The notes under the pieces were generated by a model. That model had not been told where the DNA came from. It saw only the letters and a program-made list of their open reading frames with translations, and did not search any database. Below are positions 52,001 through 63,877 of a stretch of DNA of 64,000 bases, one piece after another. A program made the translations under genes and the position numbers. Source of the stretch: Geosiphon pyriformis uo1. Its lineage: Eukaryota > Fungi > Glomeromycota. Position 1 is the stretch's first letter, and the number at the start of each line of letters is the position of its first letter. The stretch is from contig JAAOMT010000379.1 of assembly GCA_016748015.1 (NCBI GenBank), positions 360,095 to 424,094 of the forward strand, read 5' to 3'.

Positions 52001-53697
52001 CTATTTTGCCTATGAACTGTTTTCTGGCTGGTGCTATGTGTGCTCTCATGTTAAGCAATCTGTCTTTGAGTGGTACTTTTCCCAATGTTTTTTGTGCTGG
52101 AACCAGCATGCCTATCTTAAATGTGCTGGGCCTGAATAAGTACCTAAATGTAGTGAAATCACTCAAATCTTATGGTTTCATTTTTACTGCCCAAATGTTG
52201 GATCATTATGACGTGTGTTTCAGTTAGTGTGCTTTTCACAAATAGAAGAGGCTTGACCTGAAAGATCCAGTCTTTGCATGGTTCGTGTCGCTTGCCAATT
52301 TTGTTGAGGATGGAGCTCTGACATTACACTTGACTCAAGTAAACTCTTTTTATGATGTTGGTTTTGTTGCTGAACATTTGATTGCTTCTGGAAGCAACCC
52401 TTTTAAGGTCTACACTGACAGTTTCATCAAGAGTTTTGGCTCTGTTGATACATATGGTGGCACTGCTGCCTATTTTCTAGATGCCAATGTTAGTATTAGC
52501 GTGTGTGTTCATGGCTTGTTGTCGTCAACGTTGGTTGAACTGCATGCTATTGCTTTGGCTTTGGAGTGTGTGCCTGCCTCTAGTTCTGTAATCTTATCAA
52601 CTGACAGTTAAGCTTTGCTAGTTATGTGTGATTTTGGTTCGAGTGCATCTGACTCTGATTTTCATCACAGATGCTGAATCGAGAGAGAACATATTTGTCA
52701 TTCCATTTTAAGTAAGAACTTATCAGTCACATGGAGAAAGGTTAAAAGACATTCAAGGGTTGTCAAGAATGAGCGAACTGATTTTTATGCTAATGCTGTG
52801 GTTTGTTCTAAATTTTTGTTGCCTCTCAACGTGCTGTATTATTTCCTTTGTGTTGAGAATAAACCTGTCTCTGAGAATGTACATCACTTCGTCAAGACTT
52901 TATTTGATTCGATAAATTATGTCGGATGGGAGTCTAAGTGTATGGGTGGTGTTGTTGGAATAGGTGCTTTTGCCGATATTAATATGAGCAAGTCTTTTAG
53001 GGTTTAGCATCCTGATGGTAAGATTTGATCAGGCTTCACTAGTTTGTCTTTGGCTTTTCTGCATTCCTACTTGTTAAAGGCTCTGCACCATCGCCTGCTG
53101 GTTGCCGTGAAAAAGAGACTTTATGATCCAATGTATCTTAGTGTGCTGTGCATTAGATGTGGTATAATCAAGGATTCTGACCATGTGTTTCTATGCGCTC
53201 ATGACAACAATGCCAAAAAAAATTTATTGTCGGCCACTCGTGCTGATTGGAGTGTGTTGGTGGGTGCTTCTGCTGTTAATAGTGTGGTTGCTTATTTGTT
53301 GGGTGATGCTGTGTTATCTGGGAATTTATATATGCTGCTGGCCAAAAGGTTTGTGTTAAAAGACTGAGTGGCTGATACTGTTCGGCGTTTTGGGTCTGAA
53401 GCTGGTGGCAATTTGATCATTAGGTTAGTTTGTAGTATTGCTGAGGGTCACCGGTCCAGTATTTGGTTGCCTGCAGCTAAACTGAAGTCATTTTATGAGA
53501 AAAACAATATTCTACCCCAAGATGGATTAGTTGTTTCTTCGGTTGCTGGTTTGTTTTTTTTTCGGTCTGTCAAGATCATCCATAGCTTTGGTGTTAGGTT
53601 GGACATTCACGTGTGTTTTGATTTATACCCTCATTTAACTAGCTTGAGTTTTGGCTTTCTGAGTCATTTTTCTGTAGCCATCCCTATAAGTGCATAG
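49063..53697 (+). pseudogene. LINE B ORF2 (APE-RT-RNase H-Zn finger)
   Basis: GGDFNE, IDYIF, TDH, LQDMHKAYD, GLDQGE, GAFVDD (51334-51345), VYTDS and CIRC...DHVFLC. A small deletion removes the APE 'ETKL' motif. Confidence 0.92.
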
Positions 53698-54398
53698 TGC
53701 TGTTTTAATTGGCCCAAGTGACTGGTCACGTGTAGAAAGAGCATAAGCCATGTTTAATTTATGATCTTGTTTGATTATATGTATTTAGATAGTGGTTGGG
53801 CTGCATTCGTAAAACTCTAATAAATAAAAAAAAATATTATGTATTAAATATTTATTTTTTAACAAATAAAAAAAAGAACATTATAATAAAAATACAGTTA
53901 TTAAAAAACTTATTATTTTATTAAAATTTGTAAAAATTGTTAGATTTATATTTATTACTAAGAAAAACATAAATCAAGCTATAATATTAACTAATAAAAA
54001 AACAATCTATTTAAATAATATTATTAAAAAACAAAAAATTTATTTAAATTAAACTGTAATAATCAAAATTTTTTTTATAAATATAACAAAAAAAGCAATT
54101 AATTTAGCTTGTTTATATTTAAACCAATAATATCAATTTAATTAAAACTTATTAAATTATAGTAAAATTTGCCAAATTAGATTAGATTAATTTGTTAATT
54201 TTTAAATAGTTTATTTTAATTAATAAAAATTCTGTAAATAGTAAATAAAAAAAAAAAATTCTTTCTTTCTTTCGTCCCTAATTTCTAAAAAAAGAGTTTT
54301 AAAATTTTTTAAAAGAAGTTTTTTACAATACAGTATGATAAATCCAAATCCTTTATTCTTGACTACGAGATCACTGTTGGCTGTAGTATTGCTGTTAT

Positions 54399-56187
54399 GG
54401 AAAAAGCTGCTAAAGCTTCTGTTTCTGGTGGTGGCTTTAGATCTATTCTTCTGGGTAAAAAGAAAAGAGGCAGGGTTTTGGAAGGTAGTTCTGGTGATGA
54501 GATTATCAGTCCTAAAGTTCGGAAAAGTAGCTCATGAGGTTCTGAGACTGGTCACACCACTGAATCTGAAAGTGTTGACATGGAAGAGGAATGTCTTGTA
54601 AAGGAAACCAGTTTTGACTATGGTAAAGGCAGTGCTCTTACTAAAGGGGATCAAGATCAGACACCTATGGGTATAAGAGTCAAAACAAAAAAGGCACTGG
54701 GCAAACCATTGGGAAGGATTGATTTTTCGCTCGACAAAGATGATGATGATGTTCTTCTTGATACTCTGCTGGTACTTTCCACACCTGTCAAAAAGTTGGT
54801 TGCCGTTTCTGTCCGTAAATTTTTCACTTTAGATATTGGCTTAAACAAGATTAATAGAAAATCTTCTCAGGAGAAATTGGTGGTGATCAGAAAATTGTTT
54901 TCAAGAATCAATGGTTTTGGGGGGACCACTACCCCCTCAAAATTTGCTGGGATCATTTGGGCAACATTTACTTCCAAATCGAGTTTGGTGAAGGCTACCA
55001 AAATGGCTACTGATGCGAATATCATGGTAAACACCAATCTTAGAAAATCTGCTGGTCGCTTAGATCGGGCTGTGGTGTTGAAAGAAATTTCAGTTGAAAC
55101 ATCAACTGAAGCTGTGCGTGCTGTACTCTCCAAGTTTGGGATAATTAAGTCAATCAAAATGCAATTGGTGGGGCTGTAGCAGAAAGCTGTGGTAGAGTTT
55201 GAGCAATCAGATCATGCCGATTTGGTTGCAGCAAAGTGGTCAATCTTAATCAGGAAGGATGCTGTGCAGGTAGCTAGATCAGATTTGGACAAAGAATCAT
55301 GGGACGCAAAAGACCAGCATAGAGTGCTGCTTTATACTCTGCCAATGAGAATGACTGCTCATAATATTTGGGATTTTATTGGTTCAGTGGGTGAGAAGAT
55401 GTGTGTTATCAATCGTCATCCGGTTACATATGCTAGGGCTAAGTGTGCTGTCATCTGTTTTGATTCTGCTGAATCATTGGATGCCATTGTGGAAACCACG
55501 CCTGTGTTGAGGGGTGTCAATCTATGCTGGTCTCATCTTGTTCTAACTAAGTGTGCCAAGTGTGGGAAATCAGGCCATACATCATTGGGCTGTACGGTTG
55601 GTGGAAAAGCTTCCTCAGATTTGTTTTTGTGTAGATTCTTGTCAGACACAGATAAAAGCAAATTGGCAGCCATCTATGCCAAACGATCAGCTCCAGTTGC
55701 TCGTTCAGTCTCTTTTGGTGGTCTTTCTTGGGCAAAGGTTGCTAATGAGTTTTCTTTTTCTCCTCTCTTTGGACGAAATGTTTCAATGAAATCTGGTTCC
55801 TCTTCGGAAATAGAGCCATCCCTGCCAGTTTTGACGGAAGTCCATGATAGGTTTGCCACTCTTGAGTGCAGTCTCGCCAGCCTTGTGGAGCAGGTGAGTA
55901 AGCTGGCTAAGAGGTTAGATGCACTTGGGCCTATGGTTTCCCAGCCAAGCCCTAGATGTCAGCCATTGGTAACCCCTTCATCACAGAATCAAGGGGCAAA
56001 TATAATGATGAGTGAGGGTTCAGGTGCAGCCACTAGTGGTAAGGTTGTTGCGGAAGTGGTGTCTTTTGATGTATCTTTGGTATCCAAGTTGGATGACAGC
56101 GTGAAATGTCTAATGGAAACAGTTCTGGGTCTTTCGGCCAAAGTGGACAGTTTTGGTGCAGGTTCAAATTTTTTTTCTTCTCAATAA
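54399..56187 (+). pseudogene. LINE C ORF1
   Basis: RAVVLKEI...FGIIKSIKMQLVGL*QKAVVEF, CAKCGKSGHTSLGC knuckle, and a coiled coil. The start is uncertain. Confidence 0.85.
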
Positions 56188-59100
56188 ACAATCTGGTTTA
56201 GAATATTGCTACTTGCAATGTCAGAGAAATGAACAATCCTGCGAAACAGGATGATGTCATTTGTTGGCATATGGAAAAGAACAATTTAGTTTCTATTTTT
56301 ACAGAATCAAAATTAAAAGGGAAGATTTGCCCCTAGATTGTCAACAAATTTGATGGTGTACAGGTGTTTATCTCTGGTTTGGAATCTGGTTATCTGGGTG
56401 CTGGTGTCATGGTCGTCATGAATTTTTCTTTGGCAAAACATGTGTACAAGGTTTCAAAAGTGTCTGGTTAGCTCTTGTCCATTAAGTTACTTTTCAAAAA
56501 TAAACTTTCAGTGTCTATTCTGGGACTGTATGCTAGTGCTTCCTCAGCAGTTTGGTTCTCTTAAGCTGGTGAAGTCAACTCTCTCATTGCAAAAGCTGTT
56601 AATGAATCTTTCTTCATTGTTCTCAGTAGTAATTTCAATAAAGACAGTTCTCATAAGTGTGCAAGTTTTAAAAAGTGTTTGGATTTGGGTCTGGTGAATT
56701 CTTTGGCTGGAAGCCCAGCTTCAAAATTGTCCACCTGGGCAAATTCTAGGGGTGTCATAAAAACAATTGACTATGTGTTTGTTTCTCCAAATCTGGTCGA
56801 TGCAATAATAAATCGTAAGGTTTTGGATGTTAGTGAGCATTTTGACATGAATCACCAAGCTGTTTCAATGGCTGTAGGTTTGGGTGGGCTTTTGGATATG
56901 TGGTTAAACTCTTTTCGCAGGCAAGCAAATAGGGACTGATGGAAATTCGATTTCAAGAGTGTTGATGAGGTTAAATAGAACAGTTTTAAAGGTGCTATGT
57001 CGACCAATACTACAATGTTCTCAGATAAGTTTGCCGCCTCTGCGAGGCTTTCAGATTTGGATGTGATGTGGAGCATTGTTTGCAAGATAATGGTTTTTTC
57101 AGCCAATGAGGTATTCAAGAAGAAATGGTTCAAGGAATTTAATGATGTTTTTACTAAAGTTTCTTTGAGATTTCACAAATTGGAGCTTCTGGTTTCAAAG
57201 ATTATTAAGGCATCTCGTGTGAGGTGTGCTGTAGATTTTGCTTCTCTCATGAAACTTTGGACTTCTTTGGATGGTGTTAAAGCTTCAATTGTTCAGAATC
57301 TAGTGAACTTTGGAGTAGAATCTGGTTGTGTTTGTTCTGCTCTTTCAGGTGTTAGAAAATCTTATCGGGCGTCCAAGCTTGTTGAGTCTCAGAGCGCTAA
57401 GGAGGCAAACATCAAGTCTGCCATAAGCAGAAGGATGGAAAGCTTTGAAATGAATAAGGATCATATGATAAGAAGTGTATTAGAACGTCCATTTCATAAG
57501 ATTGTACTGAACTATTTGGTGGTTGATGATGAATTGATTTTGGAATCTGGTTAAGTCTAAGGTAGATGTGATCATGAAAAGTTGGACTAGAAAGCGTCGG
57601 GTGGTCGATAATATCTCGGTTGATTGGCGTCACCAATATCAACTGTTGGAGTATGTTTTTGATGAAGCTTTTTCTGGAGTTATGTGTTCAATTAGATATG
57701 ATGAGTTCTTTGGAGTGGTTTCTGATCTTCCAGATGATAAAACAGCTGGTTTGTTGGGTATTTCTAATGAGCTTTGGAAGCACTGTGATAGGTTGGTTCT
57801 GGATATGTTGCTGGTGCTTTTGAATTCTTGTTTGTCCAGAGAATTAGTGCCTGGCTCTTGAAAGGAAGCATGGGTCTTGATGATTCCCAAACCTTATGAG
57901 TGGAAGGGTGTTCTAACAAATACACATCCTATTGCCTTAATTGAGACAGCTTGCAAGATTCTTTCTAAGATCCTCTCTGACAGGATTTCTTTGGCATGCA
58001 GCACTTTTGATGTTCTTCGGGAGGACAATTTTTCAGTTCTGAAGAGTATGATAACCTAGTCTCCTATTTTTGCAATTGGATTGGTGGTCGAAGATGCTTT
58101 GGAAAAAAACAGGGAGCTCTGGCTGGTTCTTCAAGACATGCATAAAGCATATGACTCAGTTGGCTGGGAGCATCTTGAAAAGAGTCTGGTCAGGGTTAAG
58201 ATGTGTAGCAAATTTATTCAGTTTTTTGGTGGTATTCACAGGGATTGTACCAACTGAGTTATGACAGATTTTGGGTTGACAAGTGGATATCATGTGCACG
58301 ATAGTTTAGACCAGAGAGAAGTCTTCTTCTCTCTTCTTTGGTGCATATTTTATGATCCTCTTTTGTGCAAAGTCAAAAGGCAGGAGAGTATATGTGGGTA
58401 TAGGTTGAATTCTTACTTTGTTTCTAAGAATGGTCGTTCTGAATCCCAGGCTGGGTTTTCTTTTTTTTTTGCTGCTGGTGCTTTTGTTGATAATACGATT
58501 TGGGTTGGCAGCAGTCAGATGGCTACTCAACATATTCTCAATGTTGCTAGTGAATTTTTTCATGTCAATAATATCTCTATTAATAATGACAAAACAGTAG
58601 TCATTCCTATCAATAGCAGGGTTAGCTATCCCTCTTTCTCTATCAACGGTTCACCCATTTTTATTGCCAAAAAGGGGGAATCTCCCCGATATCTGAGCAT
58701 TTTTCTTTTGACTGAGAGTCTTTTGAAGCTTAGCTTGGTTAAGGCACATTCGGACATTAGCTTTTTCACCAATCTGGTGTTGAGAAAGGTGGTCTCAGAT
58801 AAGCAGTTTTTGTATTTGGTGTCAGCAGTTCTACATCCAATAATCAGCTATAGAACTCAGTTCAGTTTTATTCTTGTTGGCATGTGCGACAAGTGGGATG
58901 CTCTGATTCATAAAGGTTTAAAGCTTAAATCTGGTTTGCCGCTCAATTTTCCTAATGATGTGGTTCATCACCCTTTGTTTTATGATTTAAAGTCATTTTT
59001 ACAAATTCAATCTGAAAGCAAGATTGCTTCTCTTGTCAGTTTTGCGAACTCTAGTGGTATCTTGGGTTGTTTGTTTTTCCACAGGTCTTATGACTTGCAA

Positions 59101-60867
59101 GTTCTGTGTTGGCATTCTGTTCATCTGTTAAGCTCTCCTGTCTGTATTTGGATTAGTGCATCTAATAACTTTCTGGCAGACATGGTTCGTATTCTTCTTG
59201 ATTGCAATGTGTCTCTGAGTGGCTCTTTGGTCAGTTCTTTTCGGTTTCATGGTAGAGTACCAATGTCTACAGTTCTGGGTGAATCAGGGTTTTTCAGGTT
59301 TCTTTCTTCCCTTTGGCGGTATAGTATTGCCTTTGTGGATCAACTTCATGACTGTCATGGTGCTGTCTATGATTGGTACACCTTCAAGCGATGGAAGAGA
59401 TTGGACTTCCGTGGCCCTGTTCCTGAGTGGTTCAAATGTTCTGTTTTGTTTCTCAATGATGTGAGATCTTCTTATACTCAGTCTGTAGTTTTGGGTAATG
59501 GTGGTTTTTTGAACATTCTTGAATTTGGTGAATATGTGTCTGTTTGTGACCGTCTCTTGGTAACTGGTGCTGGCAGTTTGTCAGTATATACGGATGGATT
59601 CCTTAGTAATCTTGGCACGGTTGGCTGTAGAGCTGGTGCTGCTGTTTTTTTTAAGGATATTGGCTTGGGTTTGGGCATTAATGTGTCAAGTTTGATGTCG
59701 TTTACTTTGGTGGAATTGCAGGCTATTGTCTTGGCTCTGGAGTGTGTTCCCTTGTCAAGCTCTGTTCATTTGTTTTCGGATAGTCAATCAGCTTTGGATG
59801 CTTGCAGGTCAGAGTTGGGTTTGGTGTGTCCCGATTTTCATAATCAGTGTTGGGTTGAACATTGTCATATTGTCAACTTGATTCATAGTAAGAAGTTGGA
59901 GGTGAGTTTTCACAAGATAAAAGGTCATTCTGGTATTCTGGGAAACAAGCGTGCTGATGCAATTGCTGGTGCCACTTCTTTCTCCAATTGGTATCTTTCC
60001 CTCTGCTTGAGTAAACATTTCCTGACAGCTGATGGTAGTGTTATTTCTGGGAATTCAAGACATTTTGTCCATGATATTTATCATTCTGTTTGTCGCGCAC
60101 ACTGGGAGGTTGGTTCTGGTTCTGGGGTTTTGGTAGAGAGTTTGTTTTCTGAGATTGATTGGCTCTGTTTGTCATTGGTGTGACATCCTAATTTGCATAT
60201 GGCTGCGGGGTTTACCAGCAGGCCTTCGGCCGGTATGTATACTTACTTTATGAAGGCTTTGCACTATCGGCTGCCAGTTGCTGTATGAAAGCACCTTTAT
60301 AATAGACATTATCCTAATGTATTGTGCTTATATTGTGGTGAAATAGAAGTGTCAGATCATGTGTTCTCCTACAAGATTGACAAATCTGCTTGACGTTGGT
60401 TGCTGGATTCTTATGTAGGGATCTAGAAGGTGCTTTTTGGTTCTTTTCTCTCTTCCTTGGGTATATTACAATTGTTGTCATCCTGTATTTCTGATCTCTC
60501 TGTGTTCATGGCTCTTTTTAAGGGCTTTGTTTTTAATAGTTAGTTTCATAAGACTGTTTGCATTTTTCATGACCCCAAGATTGCAGTTTTAGAGATTGTC
60601 AAGTTTGTGCACTCTCTTGGTATTGCTTTTAGGGAAGATGTCTGGTCAGTTCATGCTAAGCATCGTGCTTATATAGAAAAGAATAGATTGATCTCACTGG
60701 ATAGTTCAGCTGTCATCTTAGTTCATGGTTTGGCTTCAAGGTTTTCTGCAAGAGTGGTTAGGTTACTTGGCATCACTGATACTTTAGGTGTTTATTTTGG
60801 TTTTCACAAGTCTTGTTTGTTTTTTTTGGAGAAAGATAATTCGGTGTCAGTTCATATAGCTGAATAG
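56184..60867 (+). pseudogene. LINE C ORF2 (APE-RT-RNase H-Zn finger)
   Basis: IATCNV, TESKL, IDYVF, PIALIE, LQDMHKAYDSVGW, GAFVDN, VYTDG, ELQAI, FSDSQ, KIKGHSGILGN and CLYCGEIEVSDHVF. Confidence 0.93.
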
Positions 60868-61007
60868 TGTTGTTCTGATTGGCTCGAGTGGCTGGTCACA
60901 TGTAGAAAGTACATGATTCATGTTTAGTTTAGATCAATTCTTTGATGTATAGCATTAGGTAGTGTTTGGACCTTACTCGTTAAGCAAAAAAAAAAAAAAA
61001 AAAAAAA

Positions 61008-61305
61008 NNNNNNNNNNNNNNNNNNNNNNNNNNNNNNNNNNNNNNNNNNNNNNNNNNNNNNNNNNNNNNNNNNNNNNNNNNNNNNNNNNNNNNNNNNNNN
61101 NNNNNNNNNNNNNNNNNNNNNNNNNNNNNNNNNNNNNNNNNNNNNNNNNNNNNNNNNNNNNNNNNNNNNNNNNNNNNNNNNNNNNNNNNNNNNNNNNNNN
61201 NNNNNNNNNNNNNNNNNNNNNNNNNNNNNNNNNNNNNNNNNNNNNNNNNNNNNNNNNNNNNNNNNNNNNNNNNNNNNNNNNNNNNNNNNNNNNNNNNNNN
61301 NNNNN
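61008..61305. other. Assembly gap (N run)
   Basis: Run of N. Confidence 1.
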
Positions 61306-62694
61306 ATTTTTTATTTAATAAAGTTAATTTTCTTGGATTAAACTTGATTAATTTGTTATAAAAACTATAAAAAGTTTTGTTACTAGTTGCTAATATTAAT
61401 ATAAATTTGAATTTTTTTTTAAAAAAAAGTATTAATGTATTATTTGTTAATATATATTTTTCTGCTATTATTTATAAATTAAGTAGCTTAAAAGCAAATA
61501 TGTTAATACTTTCTGGCTTTGTTGTTATAATTTTATTAAAACTTAATAAATTGTTCTCTAAAAATATAATTATTGTATTATTTTTTAAATAAATAAATTA
61601 GTCTGAAAAATTGTCATGTGTAATATAAAAAAATAAACAATCTTACTAAGCAAAAAATATCATATTTAACTAGTCTTTTGGTAGAGAATAGCAATCAACT
61701 TTGAATAATCTATATGCATCTAAAAAAAATATTCAAATATGTTAAGAGATTATGTTCATACTTAGTTTAAAGCATTATATCACAATTCATATTATGAAAG
61801 TCAAGCATTGTTAATAATACTTTTATGTTGTTGTCAATCCATAAATTTGCAAATCAGCAAACAATTGATGTCAAGCATTTGCTTTTTCAATAATGATATT
61901 ATTGTAAAGACGGACCATGCTGATGGCATTTTTTATATTATTTTCATCTTGCTTCTTTCTAGAAGCCTTAGGTCTTGCTTTTTCACCACAAATCAGAAAA
62001 TAATTGGTGACATCATTTATATAGCCTATTCTATTTGCACAAATGCATGATTTTTCTGTTTGTAAATGAATTTTACCACTATGGAAATCATATAAACGCA
62101 TTGATTATTATGACCAAAAATGCTTTTTACAATATTAAAAATCAAATCAGTAAAACTACTAAATATAGTTTCTTCTCCCAAATATCCAAAGTGCTGTATT
62201 GATCATTAAATACACAAATCAATTTAGATAAAGTTTCTCTAATGTTTCAAGGTTGTGCAAATGATTAAGAGCATTTAATCAAAATGTCTTAAAACTAGAT
62301 ACAATTAATAATAAATCAGTAAGTATTCATTAAGAACTTAATGTACTGTTATCTATATTTCTTTCAGTGAAAGAACTCTTAAAAAATTCAAATAATACTG
62401 ATTTCATGTAAATATTGTTGAAGAATTGCTTGAAGAGTCAAAAAAACACAAGATCTATGAGGAACTGGAAAAAACGTTATGAGATACTCAAGTCTAATGC
62501 TGAATTAATTGAGCTTAATAAAAACCTATAGATGTGGATCCATACATAATAAAAAAATGAGACACTTGTTTGAATAACATATAAATTTTCTTTTGTAAGA
62601 CTACTGATCAAATCGCCATCATGACGTCAGATGGCAGTGATCAGCAGTCTTACAAAAGAAAATTTATACGTGTGTTTTTGTTTTGGGATGGCAG

Positions 62695-63235
62695 NNNNNN
62701 NNNNNNNNNNNNNNNNNNNNNNNNNNNNNNNNNNNNNNNNNNNNNNNNNNNNNNNNNNNNNNNNNNNNNNNNNNNNNNNNNNNNNNNNNNNNNNNNNNNN
62801 NNNNNNNNNNNNNNNNNNNNNNNNNNNNNNNNNNNNNNNNNNNNNNNNNNNNNNNNNNNNNNNNNNNNNNNNNNNNNNNNNNNNNNNNNNNNNNNNNNNN
62901 NNNNNNNNNNNNNNNNNNNNNNNNNNNNNNNNNNNNNNNNNNNNNNNNNNNNNNNNNNNNNNNNNNNNNNNNNNNNNNNNNNNNNNNNNNNNNNNNNNNN
63001 NNNNNNNNNNNNNNNNNNNNNNNNNNNNNNNNNNNNNNNNNNNNNNNNNNNNNNNNNNNNNNNNNNNNNNNNNNNNNNNNNNNNNNNNNNNNNNNNNNNN
63101 NNNNNNNNNNNNNNNNNNNNNNNNNNNNNNNNNNNNNNNNNNNNNNNNNNNNNNNNNNNNNNNNNNNNNNNNNNNNNNNNNNNNNNNNNNNNNNNNNNNN
63201 NNNNNNNNNNNNNNNNNNNNNNNNNNNNNNNNNNN
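62695..63235. other. Assembly gap (N run)
   Basis: Run of N. Confidence 1.
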
Positions 63236-63676
63236 TTTTCTACCTGCTACGTATCACTTTACAATAAGAGATTCTTAACTTTTCTTTCTTTATATGGTAA
63301 ATTTATCCAAGACGTCTCTATAGTATGTGCATTTAGGGAGACGATTGAAGAGAAACTTGCTGTGAAGGTGCCCTTTATGTGTAATATTAATCCGACACCT
63401 AATATTTTTAAATATTGAGTTTCTATTCCTGCTAAAGCCATTCTATTTTTTTTCTTTTAAAAAAGCCACCTTGATGATTAGAAATATTTGGCCTGCTATT
63501 TTTTTCACTATTCTTTTTTTACCCATATTGTCCATGCGGTTCTCAGACGGTGGATAATACCTGGAAGTGTGAAGAAGAGATGTCATGCTTGTCCTCAGAC
63601 AGTGACCTTTTCAACACAGTCCTGTTTACTGGTTTACCCTCAGGTGATCAGTCGGCAGAAGTGCAAGTGGAAAGAC

Positions 63677-63877
63677 CTCACTTACCCTCAGGTGGTGAAC
63701 TTTCTACTTGTAAAGGTAAGCCGCCAAGTTTGGTGTGGTCCTCAGACAGCAAACTGGTGGCGAGTTTTTTTCTATTCTTGTTTTACCCTCTCACTTACCC
63801 TCAGGTGGTGAACTTTCTACGTGTAAAGGTAAGCCACCAAGATTTGTGTGGTCCTCAGACAGCAGACTGGTGGAGAC
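63677..63877 (+). repeat. Direct repeat, two ~85-bp copies at 113-bp period
   Basis: CTCACTTACCCTCAGGTGGTGAACTTTCTAC(T/G)TGTAAAGGTAAGCC...GTGGTCCTCAGACAGCA.ACTGGTGG at 63677 and 63790. Partial motifs also occur at 63591 and 63634. Confidence 0.9.

Larger units (their letters stand above)
47083..53834 (+). mobile_element. LINE copy B, near full-length, inactivated
   Basis: Colinear with copy A. 3' UTR and A tail. Possible TSD AAAAAATATTA at 47060 and 53829. Confidence 0.95.
54259..61007 (+). mobile_element. LINE copy C (divergent subfamily), near full-length, least eroded; long poly(A) runs into the gap
   Basis: ORF1/ORF2 homologous to A and B, but with a divergent ORF1 N-terminus. A 640-aa open RT-RNase H stretch (58261-60183). 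At least 22 A at the 3' end. Confidence 0.95.

Noticed and set aside
33503-60018. Numerous antisense and alternate-frame ORFs over the LINEs
   Set aside because: Shadow ORFs caused by the compositional bias of the LINE coding strand; not shown to be conserved as intact units.
61377-62694. Short ORFs in eroded sequence after LINE C
   Set aside because: No identifiable motif. Probably another decayed element, but I cannot assign it.
63677-63877. CRISPR-like interpretation of this repeat and of the 39-bp tandem at 43152
   Set aside because: Eukaryotic context, only 2-3 units, no unique spacers and no cas genes.
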